From: the human T2T-CHM13v2.0 reference genome, Homo sapiens
DNA length: 64,000 nt
Assembly (NCBI RefSeq): GCF_009914755.1
Contig: NC_060946.1
Strand: one strand, 5' to 3'
In this document: one piece after another, positions 52,596-64,000 of the stretch
Layout: the number at the start of each line of letters is the position of its first letter
How positions within the stretch are numbered: position 1 is the stretch's first letter
Notes under the pieces: generated by a model
The model's input: only the letters and a program-made list of their open reading frames with translations
Databases searched by the model: none
Told to the model about the DNA's origin: nothing
Made by a program: the position numbers and the translations under genes

Positions 52596-54740
52596 TTTGC
52601 TTCCAGATGGCTCTCTTCTCACTGTGTCCTCACGTGGTCACTCTCAGGTCTGTGTGTTGTTTTTGTACAGATTGCTTATGAAGTCATTAGTCCTCTTGGA
52701 TTAGAGACTCATTCTTATGACCTCATTGTATCTTAATTATCTTAGTGTCCAGATCTCCCAATACAGATAAATTGTTAATTCAGTTATAATGTGAAAATTC
52801 AGGGTGAACACAATATAATTTGTAACAAAGGATCAGGGATCTCTTTGGCTTCTCGATGGATCACCTGCCAAGGGGCAAGGGTGTAATTTTTACAATGATA
52901 GGCGCATAGCTCTTAACACAAGACAGAATTACCCTGTTGAATGCTTCATTCAAATGATATGTTAGGGAGGAGGCCAGTTGGATGATAAAGCTTTGGGAAT
53001 GAACATTTAACAGCACAGGATCTAAAATGCAGAAGAAAAGAACCTCTGATGCAAACTTTCTGAGTGGAGATAAACTGTCTGATATCCTGCAGATTAATAA
53101 AACCAGAAACTTCATCTGCCCCCTCTAATAGAAATCTACACATTAACACAATTTCACTATATGAAGTTTCCAGAAGATGATGTGGAGCTTGCAGGTGAGC
53201 TTCATTTTACACTTTCCGCCTATTCATTTCTGTGGGAGGACTTACTTTCCCTCTTTCAATTTTCTCATGTGCTGTTCATGTCACACCCTCTAATTCAAGG
53301 CTCCAGCCCACCTTTCCTGCCAACACCAACACTCTCTGTAGATGAAAACCCACCAGTCAGCAGCCTCCTTGGCCTGAGAGAGGTCATCTTCCTGGGTTTC
53401 TAAGACTCTGGTCCTGCCGAGATTCTCCTTCCTCAATCCTAATCCCGTGGTCTCTGGCAGCCCCTTCACATGGACCTCATCGCTCGTCTCTGTGTTCCTC
53501 CAGCTATATCCACGTCAGAAACTGCTCTTCATCTGCACTAGAAATAAAGAATTATCCTCTCAACTCTTAAATGTTTGCTCTGATTCTCTCCTCTTCTTTG
53601 AGCTCAGGCACACCACCCCCTCTCAGATTCCTGAGTGTGGCAGTGTCCCCTCTCCAGTCTCCCTACCACCTCCAATGGTGAAGGCGAAGAAAGGATGTCC
53701 CTGCATGTATCACATCCTCATCCTTCCCTTCAGGGTCAGCTCCCTGGGTAGGGAAAACACTGTTCCCTTGAGGCTCACATACCCACTGTCAAAAAGCACC
53801 CAGCACATGGTAGGCACTCAATAAACCTTTACCAAATGCAGACCTGCCTCTCACCACACTGGACACATTGTAGTGAGCTCAGGATGGGGCTAAACTGGGA
53901 GTATTAGCTGTAAACTTGCTCCTCTCTCTGTCCCCAGCCTGAGAGCTGAGGGGGCACCCACGAGGGAGAGCACCTAGGGGCAGGGAGGGGTCACAGGCAG
54001 CCTCATCCTCTGTGTGAGACACTGCTCAGACTGGGGGATCCCTCTTCATTCAGATGGGAAGAAAAGGGAAACAAAATTCGGTAGGAACTTCTACGCATCC
54101 ACACAGAGGAGGCAATGACAAGAAAACACAGGATGCAAGCACAGTGGTAATAATGTATTTCTACCTAATATTGAATAAAACTCAATATTGCCTGTATTCT
54201 GTAAACAATAACTATTTACAAAACTGACTGTAAATTATGCTTTTAAAAACCACAGCTTATGAAGAAGAGAAACCTCAAACAATGACACCCCTGAATTGCA
54301 AATCTAAGACATGGCACACATTTATTTTCAGTTCCATATGTGGCCTGGATTTATTTACAAGACAATATTATGATATTATATGTCACTATTCCATTTTAGA
54401 TGGTGTATTTAAAATCTCACAGTACTGCAACTGCCTAGTAATCTACTCATCAGTATAAACATCAATGTGACAATCCTGCTATCCTTCTCTACCCCTGCAT
54501 AACCCCAGCAAAAATTCATTATGAATTCACAGAATGTAATATCAGAACTGTTGTAGCCACATACACAGTTTGTTTCATTTTATGTTTTGATAAAGTAATC
54601 TTTTTTGTTTAAGCTTATTGTTTTTTAAAAAATATATTACATACTAGATGTCATTACAAATCAGAGATTAATAATTTCTCTTATGCTTATACTACTCCCA
54701 CAGCACTCATTACTGAATGTAAACCATATTTATATTTTCT

Positions 54741-55037
54741 TTCTTTTTTTTTTTTTGAGACAGGGACTCACTCTATCACCCAGGCTGGAGTGCAGTCGCA
54801 CAATCTCGGCTCATTGTAACCTCCACCTCCCAAGTTTAATTGATTCTCCTGCCTCAGCATTCTGAGTAGCTGGCATTACAGGCACCCGCCACCATGCCCA
54901 GCTAATTTTTGTATTTTTAGTAGCGATGGGGTTTCACCATGTTGGCCAGGCTGGTCTCGAACTCCTGACCTCAAGTGATCTGCCTGCCTCAGCCTCCCAA
55001 AGTGCTGAGATTACAGGCTTGAGCCACCTGCCTGGCT
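54741..55037 (-). mobile_element. AluS element
   Basis: 17-bp TSD CCATATTTATATTTTCT at 54724-54740 and 55038-55054. Confidence 0.95.
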
Positions 55038-55990
55038 CCATATTTATATTTTCTAAACATCCTACTTGGAGTGGCTGATCCTACCAGCTACCATGTTTCC
55101 ACCTCACCTGGGATCAAACACTGACAATTGGTAATTTTATCTCTTGCAGTCTTCAAATATTGAGCAAATTTGCCATTTTTGCTATTCAATAAAAATGCTG
55201 CAAAGTTATTTGCCATGCCACTGACTCTGTTCAGTGCTTGGAGGACAGACTCCTAGGAGTGAGAAGTTGACCACAGCATCTGAATAGCTATTACCCCAAG
55301 TCTGTGGAAATTAGAGAACAAAATTTTACCAGAAATGCCCCCCAGAGCTTCTCCCCATAACCTCACCACCCTTAGAGAAGAGAGCTCCTGTTCTCCTCAG
55401 TGCTGCAGGGTCCACAGAGGAGGAAGAGCTCTGGCCAGCAGGGAGGAGCCACAGAAGAAAGGACCTGGTGTCTCCCGTGACCAGGGTAGTGAGTCATGGG
55501 AACCAGTCACTGCTCTGGACTTGACCTGACCTAAGAGGACTTGGTATAGAGTCACCACTTCAGTCCTCACCAAGGAACATCCAAAAAGCCCTGGACAGAT
55601 TCACCCTTAAGGAGACCAGTAAAGCATGAACTGCCCTGAGTTAATGAGAAGGTCACAAAAAGGGTCTGTCTGGCCTGGTGCTGAGCCTGGGGGCAGTGAT
55701 CAGAGCAGGGGGAATGCACAGCTGGCTCTGGGGACATCTGGTCATCATGTCACAGGAGAGTGTGTCTGGATGTGGACACCTGGGGACATGAAGGGCTCAT
55801 TACCAAGTGATCTAGGGGAGATCAGAGCTGCGATCAGCTAACTGCCTGCATGGTGCCCTCTGCTCAGTGATCACAGTGGTGAGCTCCTGATGCCCCGGAA
55901 CACACAGTTTCACCCTTGCCTGCATCCCTGATATCCACGAGAGGGGCCTGACCCAAGGCCAGCGTGTCATCAGAAGGCTGGGGGGCTCTA

Positions 55991-55998
55991 ATTTGCAT
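55991..55998 (+). promoter_or_regulatory. Octamer ATTTGCAT of IGLV1-62
   Basis: Perfect octamer ~110 nt upstream of ATG 56107. Confidence 0.85.
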
Positions 55999-56106
55999 GG
56001 ATGGACCCTCATTCTCAGAGAATGAAGAGGGGAAGGGAGAGATTTGGGGAAGCTCTGTCTCAGCTGTGGGCACAGAAGGAAGGCAGGACTCAGGACAATC
56101 TCCAGC

Positions 56107-56609
56107 ATGGTCTGGTTTCCTCTCCTCCTCACTCTCCTTGCACACTGCACAGGTGACTAGATATAAGGCCATGGCTAAAGCCCTAGGAAGCCCATGGGCC
56201 CTGCTTTCTCCTTTTGTCTCTCAACCCAGAATCACCATGACTGTTTCTCTCCCACTTCCAGGATCCTGGGCTCAGTCTGTGCTGACTCAGCCACCCTCAG
56301 TGTCTTGGGCCACAAGGCAGAGGCTCACTGTCTCCTGCACTGGAAGCAGCTCCAACACTGGGACTGGCTATAACGTAAACTGTTGGCAGTAGCTCCCAAG
56401 AACTGACCCCAAACTCCTCAGGCATGGTGATAAGAATTGGGCCTCCTGGGTATCTGACCAATTCTCTGGTTCCAAGTCTGGCAGCTTGGCCTCCCTGGGC
56501 ACCACTGGGCTCTGGGCTGAGGACAAGACTGATTATCACTGCCAGTCCCGTGACATCTGCTGAGTGCTTGTACAGTGCTCCAGGCTTGCAGGGGAGTGAG
56601 ACAAGAACC
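56107..56609 (+). pseudogene. IGLV1-62: V-lambda pseudogene IGLV1-62
   Basis: Leader [16 protein letters not shown] (56107-56152); acceptor 56260-56261. [39 protein letters not shown] (stop 56390-56392). RSS TACAGTG-23-ACAAGAACC (56571-56609). Confidence 0.93.
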
Positions 56610-56884
56610 CCCTTCCTCCTTTCCCAGGAGGGTGAGTGCCCAGCAGCTACTGCACAGGCCTGGCCTGTGGCTTCTGCAGTTGCTGTTTCCCCAGTGGGCC
56701 TGGGAGCATCCAGGGCCCCACCTGGGAGTAGATGCTTCTCCTCCCCTCCGTCCTCAGAGTCACCCACAGCAGTCCCTTTCTAGGAAAAGGGCCTCCAGAA
56801 AACAGAATGTCCTGTACCCTGCAACTTGGGACACAGGGTCTCTGCTCTAAAGTCCAGGGGCTGGAGTGACAAATCCAGCAGTGA

Positions 56885-57310
<426 letters not shown>

Positions 57311-57466
57311 TGTTTCAGCCTATTTTTTATGTGTCTTTTTATTGAGGAATAATTAACAAAATAAACCCCTGATATTTAAAGTGCCCAATTTTGTGTGTTT
57401 TAAGATATTTATACACCCTTGGATAATCACCACAATGAATCAGTGATTCCATCAGAAGAAATCGGT

Positions 57467-57727
57467 GACTGGTTCTGGCAGAATCCAGGGAACCCTATCT
57501 AATATCTCGTGAACTTCTACTTGGACTCAAGTAAGAAACAGGGCTCTGAGGCTCCCAGCCACATCTTGGGATCTAAAGATGCGTCGGCCTGTGCAAGGAT
57601 TTTGCACGTTGCTGTGCTGCAGCCTGAGAATGGGTCTGTCTCGGGGTCTGCACAGGGGCAGTGGATTTCACAGTGGCTCTGAGGCTTACACAGGGCTCCA
57701 GGCCCATGGGAAAGTGAGACACAAATC
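57467..57727 (+). pseudogene. Unnamed 3' V-exon relic (clan IV, IGLV5/11-like) with RSS
   Basis: DWFWQNPGNPI*YLVNFYLDSSKKQGSEAPSHILGSKDASACARILHVAVLQPE; RSS CACAGGG-23-ACACAAATC (57689-57727); 3' flank matches that of IGLV(IV)-65. Confidence 0.82.
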
Positions 57728-58309
57728 TTCCCTCTGCTCTCTAGGCCTGGTGCAGTGATCCTGGCTGGAGGCTCTGATAAATCTAGCTCAGAATGTAACT
57801 TCTGTTGTGAACATCTGATTTTCCTTGGACAAATAGTTCTGACAATATCTTATTTCAGTTCGACTAGTATATCGATCCATTGCTCATACTTCTCATTCCA
57901 TTCTTGCTTTCGCAATCGGTGGACCCTGTCCTGTGCCCACAGTTCTCTGCATCTCTCCCTGCTAGTCCAGCCTCCTGCAAAGGTTCAGCTCCCAGAAGAG
58001 ACTCCTACATCCACTGCCCTGGAAGAAGCAACACTATGAGTAGAATGGCAAGATTTTGTCACATCAGCACTGGGGATAACTCATCACTACTCTGGGCCCA
58101 TTGAAGCAATCACATACTCTCTGAACCTCAGTTTTCATTTTTGGCAGCATGTAACCCTACCTCAGCAGCTCTTGCTTTCAACATGGGGATGAGCTGAAGA
58201 AGAGGCTTGTAAATGACAAGTATCAGTCACTGTTCACCGTGCAGGGGTGTCTGTGTCCTTCTGTGTCAGGCTTTGTGCCAGCAGGGCTGTGCCCCGCAAA
58301 CTCTTCCAA

Positions 58310-58637
58310 GGTCCTCCATGCAGTCTGTGTTCCCTCATCTGGCCACATTGTCTGGAAGTTAAGGTCACCTCCTCATGCACTGGAACAAGCAGCAGAGTCG
58401 AGTGGACAGCGTGGCCTGGCACCGCCAGCTCCTACGGGAGCCCCAGATGGTAATGCCTGCTGGTCTCCAGCTTGCAGGGTTCTGATTTTGGGCTCTTGCT
58501 CTAGGTCTGGCCACTTGGGCTTCTGCAATACTCTGGGATCCTGTATGAGGATGAGGGTGATGATCAGTGTTCAGGATGTGGAAAGAGCCCCAGGTTAACC
58601 CAGGACACCTGTCTCATGGGGACATGAGGCACAAGCC
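58310..58637 (+). pseudogene. Unnamed, highly decayed V-exon relic (clan I-like) with RSS trace
   Basis: QSVFPHLATLSG...VTSSCTGTSS...AWHRQL...EDEGDDQC; CCCAGGA-23-GCACAAGCC (58599-58637). Confidence 0.7.
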
Positions 58638-60013
58638 TCCCATCTGATCCCACAGCCTGGCCTATAGACTCACTTTAATTTTGTGTGACTGTCACCTGAC
58701 TCAGGACATTCCTGCAGTCATTTTTTCCTCCAGGACTGATGGAATGAGGCCATTCCCTGGGTCTGTCGCCTCATATGCAGTCGACCTATATACTGGGCTT
58801 TCAGGATAAAACATTCCCAGCCTGGGCATTGCAATACAGACAGGCAGGTAGCTCAGACAGAAAATACTCTTGTTGATTCCAGATTTCTGGGCACATGGAC
58901 TTGGTGTGTGTTTGTGTCCATGACTAAGGTCAGGTTTGGGGTTGGGAGTGAGAGTGGTCACCACATGGTCCAGGAAGAATGTGTTGTCAAAGATAAAATT
59001 CGTACACCTTCCTGCCCTTCCCTGTACCTGAGGCAGCTTCCTGAAGCCTGCAGGTTTCTGAGATTCTCCATAAATGGAGAGGAAACATCCCATAGAATGG
59101 ATGGGTTTTTTTTGTCCCAGACAAAAAGACAAGACAGGACGAGGGTACAGATGTCAGCAAGGGTTAAACAGCAAGTATGCACTTGATCATGCCAAAGAAT
59201 ACTGAAATAGCTTTGAGGGTAATTCAGTGTCCTTGAGAATTAAAAACAAATTGGAGATTGAGGGCTTCAAACCCCCATTAGGTCCTTGTGCAAACAGATG
59301 CTGAATTCCAACCCACATTAAGAAAGAGGCTAAAAAGATGAGACAAAATCTCTGAAAGACAGGTGGAGGGGATTTCTGCAGTTTCTTGGTGCTTAAGAGA
59401 CAGGGACCTGCCAGGCACTCACCTGAGAAATCCTGCAGGGTCACAGCACAGGGAAGGGAATGTGTCGGGTACATAAGATGACTTTGATGTTGAAAACACC
59501 ACCTCTACCACTGATAATGGTTTTCATCATTCATACTTAGGTGCATGTACAACCTCTAGCAACCATAATTACCACAAAGGACAGGCATTGTGTAAACTTT
59601 TATGAGGTTCTGTGTTATAAAATAATTACACAAAATGTATAAATAATGTGGGCACTAATAAGGTGAGGTTATATGTTGCAATATCTGGGGTTCCTATTGA
59701 ATTTATAGAATGTAAAACTAAATAGGTGCTAATGTAAAATGATACAGTTAGAAATACTTGATTCATGAAAAATAAAAAGTGAGCGAAAAGAAATAAAGCA
59801 AAAAGCCCAAATAAAATAAAGAGAAAGGTAAACTCACACACAATATCAGCAATTATATTCAATGTAAATGTGTTGATGAACCAGATAAAAATAATTTCCT
59901 TAAAATAAAGTTACTTGTGTGTTATATTTTAAAGGATGCTAAAAATACACTATGCAAACATTTACCTGCAGAAAGCTCTTGTGGTTATCTCGGTATCAGA
60001 CCAGATAATTTCA

Positions 60014-60500
<487 letters not shown>

Positions 60501-60935
60501 TTAGCAGGACTAAGGAAGAGAAAAGAATCAATTCCCAATTATAGTTATAAATAATAGCACACACTTCTATTAACTGAGTGAATCAGCAGAAAAAAAATTG
60601 CACATAACAATATGTGAACAACCTGAAAAACCAAATTCACCCACTGACGCCAGGAGCCCAAACCTGAGGAGTAGTTGGCTAATGAATATGTATTACTGAA
60701 ACGATTGAATAAGTGCTAGAAGAAATAAATGAGGCATTCATTATTTTTACCCGATTTGATGCTTCTCCTCTCTGTCCTGTGAGCAGGGGGCACTCCCATG
60801 TCTATTCCTAGTCCCATTCTTATCCCCTCGTCTCTCTCCCCAAGACTGAGCTGCATTCTGCAGGGTGGCTCCCGTCCCCCTGGAGTAAATGACTGACGTG
60901 AGGAGCCCTGCCTTCCAGTGCTGCTGTTTTCATCG

Positions 60936-61509
<574 letters not shown>

Positions 61510-61514
61510 AGTGG

Positions 61515-64000
61515 GCGAGATAAAGAAAATGTGTTACTTATATACCACGGAACACTATGCAGCCATAAAAGAAAGTTATGTTCTTGGCAGCAACGTGGAT
61601 GGAGCTGGAGGCCATTATCATAAGTGAACTAAGCCCCGAACAGAAAACCAAATGCTGCATGATCTCACTTATAAGTGGGAGCTAAACTATGAATATACCC
61701 GAACATACAGAAAGGAACAACAGACACTGGGAATGACTACCAGACCAAAAAAAAAAAAAAAAAAAAAGAGGATCCACCCTGTGGATCCTCTGCCCACTGC
61801 CTGGGTCATGAGGTTGTTGGGACCCCAAGCCTCCGTGTCATGCAATCAACAGATGTAACTAACCTGCATGTGTACCCTTTAAACTAGAATAGTAAGAGTA
61901 AAGAGCATTGAAAGAAAAAGTCAAGATCAGAAGCGAAGAAAATAATAAATGAAAAAACACAATCTATAGTTATCCAAACAATCCATGACTGTCACAAACA
62001 CAGAACAAGGACCCAGTGGACAGAATGAGGCAGCCAAATACTCAACCCAACATGATACATAGGGAACACATTTTTCAAAACACCAAAAAGACACAATGGG
62101 AAAGGGAGAGTCTGGTTCAAGAAGTGATTTTGAGAAAACTGAATATGCACATGCAAAACACTGAAATAAGACCTTTGCATTGCACGATACACAAAATCAA
62201 CACAAAATAAATTAAAGACCTAAACTCAATCTTGAAACTGCAAAGGTCTTATAAGAAAACATAGGTTGGGTGTATATTTTAGGAAGCCTGTATCTATGCA
62301 CACAGGCTGCAAAAGGTGAAAAATAATCATAACACTAAAGGGAAAATTAGGGGAACTACATGCACAGACAATGCAATGGCTTGGCTATATATGTGTGTGT
62401 GTATGTGTGTGTGTTTTGTAGGGTGGAGGTTTGGATACAAAAATTACAGCTAACATGCAAATATAAACAAAGACACTAGTGACACTTTAGAACTTCTACA
62501 GGGGGAAAGAAACAATGAAATAAACAAACAAACAAAATGCATCCTAAAGACTAGGAGAGAATTATGGAAAGTCCTACCTCTGAAAGAGATTGTTATCTAA
62601 CACCTACAATAAACTCACTCTACTAAATGAAAAACAACAAAAACAACAACAACAAATACCCAAGCTAAGAGGATCTGAATAGACATGTGTGTAAAGAAGA
62701 CAGGAAATTGACTCACAGGTTAACAGTTTCTCAATATCACTAATCCTCACAAAAAAGTGAATCAAAACCATACTCAGGTACCATATAATTCCAGTTAAAA
62801 TGAATATTGCAAAAGATAAAAATAAAAATTGTTGGAGGTGATGGCTGGTGTAGAATTGCAGGAAGGAAAACTCTTGTACGCTCTTTGTGGGAATGTAAAT
62901 TAGTATACACACTATGCAAAACTGTTGGAGGTTCCTTAAAAAAGTAAAAGGTCAAAGTACAACCACCACTCCAGGTTAACAATCCCACCACTGGGTACAC
63001 ATTTAGAGGAAACAAAATCCCTGCATTGAAGAGGTATCTGCCTTCCCATGTGTCCTGAAGCACTAGTCACAATAGTCAAGATATGGAATCAACCTAACTG
63101 TCCATCCACAGATGAAGAGATAAAGGAACTGGATATATACATGATGGAAAGCATTTCAGCCATAACAGTTTGGGAAATCATTGATCTGCAGCCATGTGGA
63201 GAAACCTGGAAGACAATTAGGGGAAATGAAATGAGCCTGTTAGAGAGAGACCCATACTGCATGACATTAGGCAAATGGAATCCAAAAAACACTGTCTTCT
63301 AGAAGCAGAACTTTCAATAGGGGTTACTAGAAGCTGGAGAGAGGAGGGGGCCTGGGCAGGGATTGGTAATGGGTACAGAGTAACACTCAGAGGAGAGGAA
63401 TCCATTCTGATGTTCTATTCCACAGCAGGGTGACCAGGGTCAACAATGTCTAGGGGAATTTTTCAAAAACAGCTGGAAAGGATGGTTCTGAATGTTCTCT
63501 CCACAGGGAAATAATAAGAAGCCAGACACCATGATTTGATCATGACACTACGTATACATATATCAAAATGTCCCTTGCACCCTCTGGTTATATACATACA
63601 CTCTATAGTAATGAAACTGCCATCAAATGTTGGTAGTATTCATTCTAACTGGAGTGACATAGAATCTGAGTGTGGTTTTCAATCATGTTTTGGTGTGAAT
63701 CGGCCATGTTGATAATCTTATCTTTTACCTGTGCATCAACCTCATGTCTTCAGGTCCTCTGCCCACTTTTACACATCAAATTCAAAACAAATTAACAATA
63801 ACATGGCAAATATAACTAATCACACACACACAGAAAATGAAAACCACCACTCAGATTCCATCTCACTCTAGATGGAATGGATACTACAAAAAAAAAGTTG
63901 AAAAATATTAAAAGACAAAAAAACGATGGTGTGGATTTCCAGAGGGGGAACTTGTCTCCGCAGTTCGTAGGAACATAAACTAGTACACACACTAAAGAAA
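61515..64000 (+). mobile_element. Patchwork of L1P/L1M 3' fragments
   Basis: ggagctggaggccattat...ctcacttataagtgggagctaaac; atatggaatcaacctaactgtccatc; boundaries approximate. Confidence 0.75.

Noticed and set aside
56297-56767. 156-aa minus-strand ORF over IGLV1-62
   Set aside because: Antisense shadow of a GC-rich V exon with no recognisable domain.
58701-59132. 143-aa minus-strand ORF
   Set aside because: No homology I can recognise and no splice or promoter support.

Overview
This is primate, almost certainly human, genomic DNA from the distal (cluster C) end of the immunoglobulin lambda light-chain locus (IGL, 22q11.2). All V segments lie on the + strand. It holds one intact V gene, IGLV4-69 (leader exon, 120-nt intron, V exon, 23-bp-spacer RSS), followed by eight V pseudogenes. 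Their sequence type and order fit my recollection of IGLV(I)-68, IGLV10-67, IGLV(IV)-66-1, IGLV(V)-66, IGLV(IV)-65, IGLV(IV)-64, IGLV(I)-63 and IGLV1-62. I also read five further V relics (~2.3-2.8, 16.0-16.15, 43.4-43.5, 57.5-57.7 and 58.3-58.6 kb) that match no name I recall; one is an IGLV6-type 3' fragment with a perfect heptamer and 23-bp spacer. Intergenic DNA is dense in repeats: a full-length L1PA6/7-like LINE with two nested Alus, 13 Alus in total, MaLR and MER4-type LTRs, a MER4-group internal fragment, hAT MITEs, L2 and old L1 pieces. Several old intra-locus duplications are also visible. I see no new multi-gene system. The best leads are the unnamed V relics, a possible in-frame L1 ORF0/V-lambda splice fusion, a TSD-flanked orphan retrocopy, an Alu/L1 chimeric insertion, an L1-associated deletion junction and an apparently G-to-A hypermutated ERV fragment. 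Gene names, repeat family calls and consensus comparisons come from memory, not from searches.
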